Shown: positions 1 to 8,757, counted from the stretch's first letter. The stretch is 59,116 nt of DNA from an uncultured Candidatus Saccharibacteria bacterium (GCA_964443725.1 CAYUDP010000002.1:1-59116); one strand, 5' to 3'. Notes: generated by a model not told the origin, from the sequence alone. A program made the numbers and translations.

Positions 1-444
1 GGTGGCGCCGAGGACATTGAGGCTTTCGCCCCGTTTCTCGAGCACGTACTCGAACAGGTTGCCGAGGAGCTGCATGGCCATGTCCTTGAAAGCCAGTGTC
101 GGCCCGTTCGAGAGTTCCAGTAGGTGTAAGTCGGGCTCGAGTGTCGTGAGTGGGGTGATGTCCTCGGCATCACGTCCCGGCCGGCAGTGGCGGTAGGTGT
201 GGGCGGTGTAGGTCCGGTCAGTCAGGTCCTTCAGGTCGCAGGCGGGAATGTCATCCACGAACTTCTCTATGATGCGCAAGGCGAGTTCGCGGTAGGGCAG
301 ATCCCGCCATTCGGCGAGTTCGGCCTTCGTGACTTGGGGGTAATGCTCGGGCAGGTAGAGTCCGCCATCGGGCGCCAATCCTCCGAGCAGGATGTCGCAG
401 AAGTTTCGCGGGGGAACTCCACCACGGGTGGATATGTATTTCAT
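1..444 (-). CDS. thrC: threonine synthase, N-terminal 148 codons (continues past window start)
   Basis: Hand translation of the reverse strand from ATG at 444 gives MKYISTRGGVPPRNFCDILLGGLAPDGGLYLPE...LELSNGPTLAFKDMAMQLLGNLF. This contains the ThrC N-terminal signature and the PLP-lysine motif GPTLAFKD. The frame is open to position 1. A hand count of the first 60 nt gives about 60% G+C. Confidence 0.85.
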   Translation of the reverse strand, partial: MKYISTRGGVPPRNFCDILLGGLAPDGGLYLPEHYPQVTKAELAEWRDLPYRELALRIIEKFVDDIPACDLKDLTDRTYTAHTYRHCRPGRDAEDITPLTTLEPDLHLLELSNGPTLAFKDMAMQLLGNLFEYVLEKRGESLNVLGAT

Positions 445-625
445 CGCAGTACCTTTTTTTGAAGACCGTGGCACGGGATGTGCCATGTAATCTGCGCTGA
501 AGACTACTATAAATGTAATGTACAAGCAATTATTATTGGCAGGTATTTTAACTGGGGAGTTGTCAATTTAAGAAATATTAATTTTTTGGTAGATATTTCA
601 CATCACACTGGCTATGTCGCAATCA

Positions 626-654
626 TTGACAATGTTGACTATTAATGCTATTAT
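626..654 (+). promoter_or_regulatory. sigma70-like promoter TTGACA-17-TATTAT
   Basis: TTGACA at 626-631, 17-nt spacer, TATTAT at 649-654, in the AT-rich spacer upstream of the 790..1272 gene. Confidence 0.4.
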
Positions 655-789
655 CTAAATACAGTCTAGAGGAGGAAAAATTGTTTTTTCAGTTTTTTCT
701 TCTCTGCATTGCAGAACTTGATTCGGCGCCCAAACGCCAAGTACATTTTTTCTGAACTCTTTTTGGGAGGAGTTTGGGAGGAGAAGAAG

Positions 790-1272
790 ATGGCCATGAC
801 CATCTATGTTTTATGTTGTATCGGAATGATTGCGGACGGGTGGTGGGTGAGAGAAACTCCCACACACTTCCGGCCGAGAGTCCGTTACGCACTCCGCCGG
901 CTTGCGGTCGGGGTAGCACCGTTTGCCATCGGTTTCATCGATGGTCTTGTCAACGGACTCGGATGGTGGGCGAGTCTGGGGCTTCTTGCCTCACTTGCCA
1001 TTGGCTTGCTTCACAGGTGGGCCATACCTGCTCTCGGGCGGAGAGTTCTCGCCCTAGGGAGGTTTTGCATCCATCATCTCGTGCGGTTTAGTCGATCGGA
1101 GATGGTGGACAACTTCCTTGGGGCGGCTGCTGTTGCGGCCGGACTTCTCGCCCTTTTCAAGTGGGCACCCCAGGTGGCGGAAGCCTTGATCGTCCTCGCT
1201 GTCTGTGGGCTTCTCCTTCATGTTTTTTGGAGGAGGAACTTTCTCTCCAAGAAGGGGAAAAAGGGGAGATGA
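790..1272 (+). CDS. hypothetical integral membrane protein (GC-rich)
   Basis: ORF 709..1272. The ATG at 790 is preceded by GGGAGGAG. The product has about 4 hydrophobic segments (MAMTIYVLCCIGMIADGWW..., FAIGFIDGLVNGLGWWASLGLLASLAIGLL...). No recognisable family. Confidence 0.5.
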   Translation: MAMTIYVLCCIGMIADGWWVRETPTHFRPRVRYALRRLAVGVAPFAIGFIDGLVNGLGWWASLGLLASLAIGLLHRWAIPALGRRVLALGRFCIHHLVRFSRSEMVDNFLGAAAVAAGLLALFKWAPQVAEALIVLAVCGLLLHVFWRRNFLSKKGKKGR

Positions 1273-1288
1273 AAGGACTCCCGCAATA

Positions 1289-1335
1289 AGGCCCGAAGGT
1301 GGCGCGTTATTACTCGCGCAAACTTCGGGCCTTTT
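1289..1335 (+). terminator. GC-rich hairpin plus T-run
   Basis: AGGCCCGAAG (1289-1298) pairs with CTTCGGGCCT (1323-1332), with a nested GCGCG/CGCGC stem, followed by TTTT. Confidence 0.6.
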
Positions 1336-1370
1336 AAAATGCCTCACGAAATTTTTTCGTGAGGCATTTT
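1336..1370. terminator. bidirectional hairpin shared with tig
   Basis: AAAATGCCTCACGA (1336-1349) pairs with TCGTGAGGCATTTT (1357-1370). Flanked by A and T runs, 13 nt downstream of the tig stop. Confidence 0.65.
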
Positions 1371-1382
1371 AAAAACTTGGTT

Positions 1383-2426
1383 TTATTGATTCTCGAGAAA
1401 TTCGAAAACTTTTTCGTTTCCAATGAGGTGAGAGAAATAATGTTTAGCTCTCACTGGGTCAGCGTCCTTGTAGTGTTCAAGAAGATGTTTCACCTCTTTT
1501 TCTATTTCTTCTTCGGAAGCTTCTATCTTTTCTTCCTCTCTGATTTTTTGAAGTATCAACTCCATGGAGACTCTCTCCTTAGCATCCTTCTCCCACTCTC
1601 TTCTTACGTCTTCTGTTGTCTTTTCGATACGTTTCAGATATTCATCTATCTTCATACCCATGCGTGAAATATCATCTGTGAACTGTATGAACATTCGGTC
1701 TAGTTCACTTTCAATAAGTATGCGAGGGATTTCTATGTTTGATTTGTCAATCAGGACCTTGATGGTTTCAAGACGGATCTTTTCTTTTGCTTTAAATTCC
1801 TTTTCTTTCAGTAGTCCGTCTTTAACTTTATTTTTGAAATCTTCTACGTTTTCGAATCTTCCGATTGATTTCACGAGCTCGTCTGTAAGTTCTGGGACAG
1901 TGTCTGTATTTTCACCTTGGGTATCTTTGTCTTCATCTGTTTCTTTGTGTTTCATTCGTAGAATTTCTCTTATTGTGTCGTCGATATCTTTTTCTGTGAC
2001 CTCGGCGGTTTCTTTTGTAACGTTTAATTTTTTCGCCTCTCCTTTGTAATCAGGTAGTGTGAAAGTAGGGAAGACGTCTATTGTGATAATGAAAGACATA
2101 GGATTCCCAAGTGCGAGTTTATTTATTTTGACCTCGGGCATTCCTAGGGCATCAACTTTTGTTTCATTTATTATTTCTGGGAAAACTTCTTTGAGAGCAA
2201 GTTCTCCAGCTTCTTCAAGTAGGGCAAGTTCGCCGATTTTTTCCAGAATGATTTTCTCTGGAACATGGCCTTTTCTAAAACCTGGGATTGATAACTCATT
2301 TTTAAAATGGTCTATGGCTTTGATTTTAAATTTCTCCAAGGCCTCAGTAGTAATCTCGCCCCCTATCTCTACGCGTGAGTTTGGTAGCGGTTTCGTGGTT
2401 ATATTTTGATAGATTTTGTTTTGCAT
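1383..2426 (-). CDS. tig: trigger factor, short form without PPIase domain
   Basis: Ribosome-binding signature GFRKGHVP is near the N-terminus. A C-terminal arm domain begins at PELTDELVKSIG. The product is 347 aa. Confidence 0.9.
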   Translation of the reverse strand: MQNKIYQNITTKPLPNSRVEIGGEITTEALEKFKIKAIDHFKNELSIPGFRKGHVPEKIILEKIGELALLEEAGELALKEVFPEIINETKVDALGMPEVKINKLALGNPMSFIITIDVFPTFTLPDYKGEAKKLNVTKETAEVTEKDIDDTIREILRMKHKETDEDKDTQGENTDTVPELTDELVKSIGRFENVEDFKNKVKDGLLKEKEFKAKEKIRLETIKVLIDKSNIEIPRILIESELDRMFIQFTDDISRMGMKIDEYLKRIEKTTEDVRREWEKDAKERVSMELILQKIREEEKIEASEEEIEKEVKHLLEHYKDADPVRAKHYFSHLIGNEKVFEFLENQ

Positions 2427-2471
2427 AGAAACCTAGCATACCTTAAGAAAAAAAAGTGGCAAGTGGTAAAT

Positions 2472-2509
2472 AAAAAAACAGGTGGGGGATTGCCCCACCT
2501 GTTTTTTTT
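2472..2509. terminator. bidirectional hairpin
   Basis: CAGGTGGGG (2479-2487) pairs with CCCCACCTG (2493-2501), flanked by an A-run and a T-run. Confidence 0.65.
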
Positions 2510-2519
2510 AATAAACTTT

Positions 2520-2897
2520 TTAGAAGTTTAGTTGTTCAGAAATGTTCTGAAGTTCGGCATCAATATTTTTCATATCAGTTGTATTGAGGTCGGCTTTGAT
2601 ATCAGATATTTTTGTTGAACTACTCTGAACAGATAGTTTTTGAAGTGCTGGATCGGCAGCAGCACTTACACTTTCTGGAGTTATCTCGTTACTAATTTTC
2701 GGCGCCCCATCTCCGTTTATTGCTTCTCTGCTCATTGATTCTCCCCAGAAGTAAAGTCCACCTAAGACAAGCACAAGTACGATGATTCCAGCTCCAACAA
2801 GTGGTCCGACTGAGGATTTATTTTCTGGACCCATTTGCATTTGTGGTTCTGGTGACTGACTTACTTCTTGTTGTACTGGATTAAATTCTTCGTTCAT
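2520..2897 (-). CDS. hypothetical single-pass membrane protein
   Basis: 125 aa with one TM segment (VGPLVGAGIIVLVLVLGGLYFWG). It lies between terminator hairpins. Confidence 0.5.
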   Translation of the reverse strand: MNEEFNPVQQEVSQSPEPQMQMGPENKSSVGPLVGAGIIVLVLVLGGLYFWGESMSREAINGDGAPKISNEITPESVSAAADPALQKLSVQSSSTKISDIKADLNTTDMKNIDAELQNISEQLNF

Positions 2898-2921
2898 ATT
2901 TTTTATTTTATTTTTATTTTT

Positions 2922-4007
2922 TTATTGTGTGACAGTGCTTGATGTCGTACTGCTTGCTGTCGACTCAGCTGATTCTTTCGCTACAATTTTTGGATTGTCG
3001 TTTTCAAATGCCTCAACAGATTTTTTCAGAAGATCTTTTGTGTTGTTTAGATCGGTTTTGACTTTATCCATGGCGTCTCTTACAGCTTGCATACCATCCT
3101 TTGGATTTGAAAGTGTCAGAGAATTTGCAAATGCATCATTTGCTTCTTTCAGATCCGCTTTGGCTTTTTCTGTTGACGCTTTGGCTTGGTCTAAGAAACT
3201 CTGTGCATTTGTAGTCTTGGCTCCATTTTTCAGTGCGACAGTGATTTTATCTTGGAGTCTATTTTCTATCCCTATCATTCTGTCTACTGCAACCATGATG
3301 CGGTTGGACATTCTTTCTTGGAAAGCTGAGGCTAATTCAATTTTCTTTTTTTCCATTTCCGCTTTTCTTGCTTCGGTTGAACTTGCTATTTTCTGCCTTC
3401 TTTCTTCTATGATTTGTTTAACCTCGTTTTTAGTATCCTCTCTGTTTTTTTCCATTTCCGCTCTAGCATCTTCTCTGTTCTTTTTTATAGTTTCAGTCGT
3501 CGAGGCCCAAAGACTTCTGTTTTCGTCTTTCATAGCTCTCATTTTTTCTTCAAAATCTCTTCGCATTTCAGGTGTTACTGTTCCGTTTGCTCGCATGTTT
3601 TTAAAATCATCCATTACTTCTTTTCTGTTATCCTTCATCTCTTTTCTGGTTGAGCTTGCAAGGCCTGCGTTTGTTGCACGTAAGTCTCTTCTTATGGCGT
3701 CGTTCTCGTTTCTAAGTTCTTGTTTTTGATCCCTAACAGCTGGAAGTGTACGTGGGGTTCCAGATGCCGATCTAAGGATCTTTTGCCTTTCTACCATCAT
3801 TCTTTCATATTGTTCCCTTGTCATTTGTTGTGGTCTGACATCCCCATTTGTTTGGGATGGGACGCTTGTTACTGATTGTTCTGGTTCATTTCCACTAACG
3901 TCATTGGCGACTATTGCAAAGGCAAGGCTTGCCCCGCCGAATAATATTCCTATGGTAGTAGAGGTACTAAGTAGTACTCTTGCTACCTTCTTATTGCTAA
4001 ATCTCAT
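2922..4007 (-). CDS. hypothetical secreted charged alpha-helical protein
   Basis: 361 aa with an N-terminal signal/anchor (ILFGGASLAFAIVAND). The body is long and K/E/R-rich, coiled-coil-like, with a Ser/Thr tail. Confidence 0.6.
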   Translation of the reverse strand: MRFSNKKVARVLLSTSTTIGILFGGASLAFAIVANDVSGNEPEQSVTSVPSQTNGDVRPQQMTREQYERMMVERQKILRSASGTPRTLPAVRDQKQELRNENDAIRRDLRATNAGLASSTRKEMKDNRKEVMDDFKNMRANGTVTPEMRRDFEEKMRAMKDENRSLWASTTETIKKNREDARAEMEKNREDTKNEVKQIIEERRQKIASSTEARKAEMEKKKIELASAFQERMSNRIMVAVDRMIGIENRLQDKITVALKNGAKTTNAQSFLDQAKASTEKAKADLKEANDAFANSLTLSNPKDGMQAVRDAMDKVKTDLNNTKDLLKKSVEAFENDNPKIVAKESAESTASSTTSSTVTQ

Positions 4008-4115
4008 ATATAAGATATTTCTATATTAATAATGCAAAAATGCATCTAACAATGCTGATTCATGCCCACTTATTATAACTTTTAATTTGGACTTTTTACT
4101 ATGGTGTTGTTGATA

Positions 4116-4156
4116 ACAAAAAACCCGCCACTTTTTGTTTGTGGCGGATTTTTTGT
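4116..4156 (-). terminator. hairpin downstream of ppa
   Basis: CCGCCAC pairs with GTGGCGG, flanked by A and T runs, immediately after the ppa stop. Confidence 0.6.
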
Positions 4157-4159
4157 TAT

Positions 4160-4699
4160 TTATTTTTCAGGATATTTTGATTTGTAAATTTCTATAGCTT
4201 TTTCTATAGCTTCTTTGGCTTCCTTTTTCCCTTTATAACCCCTAACTTCGACTATATCTCCCTTTCCTTTCAATACTTTGTAAGTTTCGAAGAAATGTAC
4301 AAATTCTTTTAGCATGTGTTGGTTTAGGTCTTCTAAATCCTTTGTATCTTCCCATCTTTTGTCATCGACGGGGACGGATATTATTTTGTAGTCGGATTCT
4401 CCAGAATCAATCATTTCCATTACTGCCACTGGGCGAACTTTTACTAGAATCCCTGGGTCTAGGGGGAAAGTTGTAAGGACTATTATATCTAGTGGGTCCC
4501 CGTCTTCCCACAGGGTTTGTGGGGCAAAACCATAATCAAATGGGTATGGTGCGGATGAATAGTTGGCTCTATCTAGTGCTATGAGTCCAGTTTCCTTGTC
4601 TATTTCGTATTTATTGTTTGACCCTTTCCCAATTTCGATTATTGCATTTATTTCTTCTGGGGCCTTTCCCCCAATACTTATTTCGTGCCAGAGGTTCAT
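4160..4699 (-). CDS. ppa: inorganic pyrophosphatase (family I)
   Basis: NAIIEIGKGSNNKYEIDKETG...DRANYSSAPYPFDYGFAPQTLWEDGDPLDIIVL matches the family I PPase core. Confidence 0.95.
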   Translation of the reverse strand: MNLWHEISIGGKAPEEINAIIEIGKGSNNKYEIDKETGLIALDRANYSSAPYPFDYGFAPQTLWEDGDPLDIIVLTTFPLDPGILVKVRPVAVMEMIDSGESDYKIISVPVDDKRWEDTKDLEDLNQHMLKEFVHFFETYKVLKGKGDIVEVRGYKGKKEAKEAIEKAIEIYKSKYPEK

Positions 4700-4761
4700 A
4701 TTTATTAATTTTTGCTAGCTTCTAATGTTTTTGTAGGATAGCGCGACTTTTAAATCTGGGC

Positions 4762-4805
4762 AATAAGAAACCCCGTTGTATATAAAATACACGGGGTTTC
4801 TTATT
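4762..4805 (-). terminator. hairpin downstream of nusA
   Basis: AATAAGAAACCCCGT (4762-4776) pairs with ACGGGGTTTCTTATT (4791-4805). Confidence 0.65.
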
Positions 4806-4822
4806 GTGGTATTTTTCCTAAA

Positions 4823-6133
4823 TTATTCTTCCTCTTTAATTTCCCCAGACTCTCCACCCTCCTCTTCTGTTGTTTCAGGGGTTTCTTCTGAGGTTTGTTC
4901 TGTTTCGGTTTCGTCGAGAGAGATTTCTTCGCCTAGTTCCGCCTCTACTTTTGTGTTTAGAGGTTCAAACCCGTCTTCTTCATCGATTTTGTCTTCATCT
5001 GAACCACCAACGTTTTCGCCGTGTATTGATGAGATATCTATTCTCCAACCAGTCAATTTGGCTGCAAGGCGAACATTTTGACCTCCTTTTCCTATGGCCA
5101 AGGATTGCTGGTCTTCTGTGACGACAACCGAAGCCTGCCTGTTTTCTAGATCAGTTTCAACGGATATGACTTTTGCTGGTGAAAGGGCGTCCTCGATAAA
5201 TTTCTTTGGATCTTCTGACCACTCAATAATATCAATCTTTTCTCCAGAAAGTTCGCTCATTACCGTTGCGACTCTTACTCCTCTTTGTCCAACTAGCGAA
5301 CCTACTGGGTCGACATGTTCATCGTGAGATAGGACGGCAATCTTTGAGCGGCTTCCAGCTTCTCTTGCAATTCCTTTTATTTCTACTACGTTGTTTGCTA
5401 GTTCTGGTGTTTCTGCTTTGAATAATTCAGCCAAGAATTTGGGGTGCGATCTTGATAATTTCAAGAAAACTCCTCTTGGGCTTTCATCTACAGAATAGAG
5501 ATAGGCTCTTATTCTTTCTCCTGGTTTGAATCTTTCCCCTGGAATTTGCTCTTCGTAAGGCAAAATTGCTGGAGCACGGCCTAAATCAACGTAAATATTA
5601 CCTCTTTCTACCCTTTGAACTGTGCCAGAAACCACTTCTCCTTCTCTTTTTCCAAATTCAGAGACAACAGAAACTTTTTCAGCCTCTCGTATTTTTTGAA
5701 TTATGACTTGTTTTGCTGTTTGTGCGGCAATACGGCCAAAATCGCTCTTTGGTTCTAGCGGGAAAGTTAACTCTTCCTCTAGTTCAGCATCCCTTTTTAT
5801 CCTTCGGGCATTTTCAACTAATATATGATGGTCTTCGTTGAATCTTGTCCTGGTGTCTTCTGGATCTATTTCTATTTCCCCACTAAGTTCCTGTTCAACT
5901 TGTTCAGGGAGTTTAACTATAGTGTCATCAACTACTACTTTTACTTGCTCGAAAGCGACTGTGCCTGTATCCATATCGAGGTGGGCACGGACGATTTGGC
6001 CCTTTTTGCCATATTCTTTTTTATAGGCGGTAGCAAGGGACGCTTCGATTGCCTCAATTATCTTTTCTCGAGGTATTCCTCTTTCCTCTTCAAGTTCTCC
6101 AAGAACTGAATTTATGACTTTCAAATCAAACAT
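4823..6133 (-). CDS. nusA: transcription termination/antitermination factor NusA with acidic C-terminal tail
   Basis: NusA N-terminal, S1 and KH region (SRSHPKFLAELFKAETPE, GQRGVRV, AIGKGGQNVRLAAKLTGWRIDI). The tail is Glu/Thr-rich. Confidence 0.95.
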   Translation of the reverse strand: MFDLKVINSVLGELEEERGIPREKIIEAIEASLATAYKKEYGKKGQIVRAHLDMDTGTVAFEQVKVVVDDTIVKLPEQVEQELSGEIEIDPEDTRTRFNEDHHILVENARRIKRDAELEEELTFPLEPKSDFGRIAAQTAKQVIIQKIREAEKVSVVSEFGKREGEVVSGTVQRVERGNIYVDLGRAPAILPYEEQIPGERFKPGERIRAYLYSVDESPRGVFLKLSRSHPKFLAELFKAETPELANNVVEIKGIAREAGSRSKIAVLSHDEHVDPVGSLVGQRGVRVATVMSELSGEKIDIIEWSEDPKKFIEDALSPAKVISVETDLENRQASVVVTEDQQSLAIGKGGQNVRLAAKLTGWRIDISSIHGENVGGSDEDKIDEEDGFEPLNTKVEAELGEEISLDETETEQTSEETPETTEEEGGESGEIKEEE

Positions 6134-6354
6134 ATTTTATAAGGCTATTTTTAATTATTTTAGATAATTTCTTTCACAAACGGGCTTATTTTTGTAAAAA
6201 AATAAGCCCGTTTTGCGACGGACCATTACCTGTATTGGTCTTAATACTATATAATTTTTATGTTTTTGTCAAGAATTGAGATTTGCTTGGTTTTTTGCCC
6301 AATATTTACTTGATAAATGATTTGGGCCAAGCTATTCGCTTGGCCCGCGAGGTC

Positions 6355-6627
6355 CTAGAGCCTCAAAATTGATCCCCCGAAACCATCCGTTAGGGGGGGT
6401 AGGTCGATTTCGCCGAATTTGGCGAGTAAATCTTGTAAATCGATCTTTTCTCCATCTGTGGCAGCACCTTTTTGAAATGCCACCATTGTGGCACAGAAAA
6501 CTGGGCTCGGTTTTGCACTCATGACCATCATGTCGGCATGGAGAAGCCTCAAAAAAAAGAGACCAAGCGCTGACAATTCGTACCCGTGTTCCTCAAAGAA
6601 CCTTTGCAATTCGGTGGCCTCGTCCAT
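6355..6627 (-). CDS. orphan 90-aa acidic protein in a GC-richer mini-island
   Basis: ATG at 6627 is preceded by TAAGGAGCC. A hand count of the first 110 nt gives about 49% G+C. A GC-rich hairpin GGGCCAAGC/GCTTGGCCC (6324-6346) follows the stop. No family recognised. Confidence 0.45.
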   Translation of the reverse strand: MDEATELQRFFEEHGYELSALGLFFLRLLHADMMVMSAKPSPVFCATMVAFQKGAATDGEKIDLQDLLAKFGEIDLPPLTDGFGGSILRL

Positions 6628-6844
6628 TTCTGGCTCCTTAGTCCTTAGTTGGGGGATGGTTTGGTACTACTAAGGCATCAGACTATCGAACATAAAGGTT
6701 TTGTCAATTAATTTATATTTCTGTTCGTTGGTGATCGTGTGAGTAGAGTTATTCACAACATTCTATATTTTGAGGATCATAAATGATTTTATCTGATACA
6801 ATTATTTTAAATAGCAAATTGTTGTTGTTTAAAATTGATTATAT

Positions 6845-7204
6845 ATGTCATTAGAAAACATGCTTGAAGCTGAAAATACCGAAGTGAAACCGCACAAAGG
6901 TGTTTATATAGCTTCCGTAATAATTATTGTTGCCGTTGCAGCGCTCGCTTGGGGGCTTAAAGGATATTTAGAAAATCTTATATCTGGCAGTTCAACAAAT
7001 AGTAAGGTTGTAAACGAAGAACAAAAGAGAGAGGTTTTGCGAACACTTGCCGCTAGTCAGACTTCGTCGGAGTTGTCTGAAGTAGAGAAAAAGAAAATTC
7101 TTGAAGATATGTCTTCTAGTCAGAAGAAAGCTCAGACTTCAAATCTAACCGCTGAAGAGAAATTGAAGATTCTTCAGGATTTACAACAACAATCAATAAA
7201 ATAG
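6845..7204 (+). CDS. hypothetical single-pass membrane protein
   Basis: 119 aa with a TM segment (VYIASVIIIVAVAALAWGL) followed by a charged helical tail. It ends 8 nt upstream of the next gene. Confidence 0.5.
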   Translation: MSLENMLEAENTEVKPHKGVYIASVIIIVAVAALAWGLKGYLENLISGSSTNSKVVNEEQKREVLRTLAASQTSSELSEVEKKKILEDMSSSQKKAQTSNLTAEEKLKILQDLQQQSIK

Positions 7205-7211
7205 CAATATT

Positions 7212-8699
7212 ATGAGCACAAAATACGCAAAGATAGTTGTGAATACCTTAGCCCTAGTCTGGGTATTCTTTCTTGTTGTAGTGGGCACTTACTACAGTAA
7301 TGTTCAGATGAAGTCTGAAGTTAAGGATGCAAAAGCCGGTGCACTCGACAACCTTCATGGATATGCTTGGGCAGGAATGGATGGTGGTGGGGGCGCACCT
7401 CTTGGTTGGATATCATTAAATTGTACAAATAAATTTAACCCAGCTGGAGAGTGTACTCATGGTAACTATGGTGTAAACGTAAACCCAGTCGATGGACCAA
7501 ATTTTGGCAAAATGTCTGGATATGCCTGGATTGATATGAGGGATCCTGCCAAGGTGTCTCTTCCAGGGTCAGCAGATGCTGCCGCAAGTCCTATGGGTTG
7601 GATTACTTTTAATGAGTCTGAATTACAGGGTTGCCCATCAGGAGCTTGTCGTGCTCAGGTCGGCAAAGATGACGGTCTTATAAGAGGTTGGGCAAGATTT
7701 TGTTCTGTGTTTGGCGATCCAAGCAAAGACCCTTCAGTTGATTGTGGGAAAACCAATAAAACTCTTGCCGCGGACGATCTTAGGGGTGGATGGGATGGAT
7801 GGATAAGTCTTAGTTGTTTGAACAGTGGTGCTTGTCGCGTTAGTAAAACTGGTTCACAAGGGAAAAATACTTATGGGTTATTTATTGATAACACCGGGGC
7901 TGATTCTGGTAAGTCCTTAGGTGGTTATGCTTGGGGAGGGGACAAAGTAGTTGGTTTTATATCTTTCAATATTTCTGATATGACCGGAGGAGGGGCTTGC
8001 AAAACAACTTCTGACTGTCTTCCATATGTTGAACCACCACTAGTTCTTTCTCCACCACTTGATTTCTTTGCGAACCCAAAGGCTAACTTGGCTCCAGGAG
8101 ATAAGACAAAACTCACTTGGGATGCCTCAACTTGGGCGACATCTTGTACTCCAAAATCAGGAAATGCTGAGTGGACAGGTAAGGGAGTACTCGCCAGTAG
8201 CGGAAACACTGATGTGAGGGTAAATGAAGACAGTGTATTCCTAATCGAATGTACTGACGGCAAGGAAACAAGACAGGCAACTGAAAATGTTACTGTAAAA
8301 TCCTTTGATTTGTCACTTGATCCAGCATCAGCTTCTATTGTAAGTGAAATAAAGGCGAAAAAAGATGCTGGCCTGCCAATACCTTTGTTGTCAAATATCA
8401 AACTAGTAACCTTTGGTTCGTATTCAGGAGCAACTGGTTTGTCGGCAACTTCAGACTTGCCAACAGGAACAACCATTACTTTCACCAAAGCATCTCTCAC
8501 CAAGGGGGCTGGAAATGATGAGTCAGGTATGAATATATCTATATCTAATGCTGTTAAAAATGGCACTTATACGATAGTTGTGACAGGTACACATGGTACG
8601 GAAACCCATGCGGTATCTATGTCTGTAAAAATCAATGATCCAACAAATCCAAATGGCACAGCTAAGACAACAACGATTAAGACAATCCAAGAGAAATAA
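7212..8699 (+). CDS. secreted/anchored protein with four GYAW...GWISFN-type repeats
   Basis: N-terminal TM segment, then repeats HGYAWAGMDGGGGAPLGWISLNC, SGYAWIDM...PMGWITFNE, RGWARF...GGWDGWISLSCLN and GGYAWGGDKVVGFISFNISD. The C-terminal half is beta-rich. Confidence 0.7.
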   Translation: MSTKYAKIVVNTLALVWVFFLVVVGTYYSNVQMKSEVKDAKAGALDNLHGYAWAGMDGGGGAPLGWISLNCTNKFNPAGECTHGNYGVNVNPVDGPNFGKMSGYAWIDMRDPAKVSLPGSADAAASPMGWITFNESELQGCPSGACRAQVGKDDGLIRGWARFCSVFGDPSKDPSVDCGKTNKTLAADDLRGGWDGWISLSCLNSGACRVSKTGSQGKNTYGLFIDNTGADSGKSLGGYAWGGDKVVGFISFNISDMTGGGACKTTSDCLPYVEPPLVLSPPLDFFANPKANLAPGDKTKLTWDASTWATSCTPKSGNAEWTGKGVLASSGNTDVRVNEDSVFLIECTDGKETRQATENVTVKSFDLSLDPASASIVSEIKAKKDAGLPIPLLSNIKLVTFGSYSGATGLSATSDLPTGTTITFTKASLTKGAGNDESGMNISISNAVKNGTYTIVVTGTHGTETHAVSMSVKINDPTNPNGTAKTTTIKTIQEK

Positions 8700-8722
8700 T
8701 CTGAAATAAAAATTTTCTCCAC

Positions 8723-8757
8723 AAAACACTGTCAAAAAAAGACAGTGTTTTGTTTTT
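8723..8757 (+). terminator. hairpin plus T-run
   Basis: AAAACACTGTC pairs with GACAGTGTTTT across an A7 loop, followed by GTTTTT. Confidence 0.65.

Noticed and set aside
187-529. ORF-track entries 2..196(+), 187..462(+) and 251..529(-) at the left edge
   Set aside because: All overlap the reverse-strand frame that translates into a clear threonine synthase N-terminus (1..444). They are shadow frames of GC-rich DNA.
680-754. A 24-codon mini-ORF (TTG at 680) after the GGAGG at 671-675, as a possible leader peptide
   Set aside because: It is very short, has a non-ATG start, and shows no recognisable attenuation structure. The ATG at 790 with its own GGAGGAG is a sufficient start for the membrane protein.
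1564-3729. Long plus-strand ORFs (1564..2049, 2059..2409, 2929..3729, 3414..3653) rich in Ser/Phe/Leu
   Set aside because: They lie antisense to tig and to the 361-aa charged secreted protein. Their low-complexity composition is what the complement of K/E-rich coding DNA produces.
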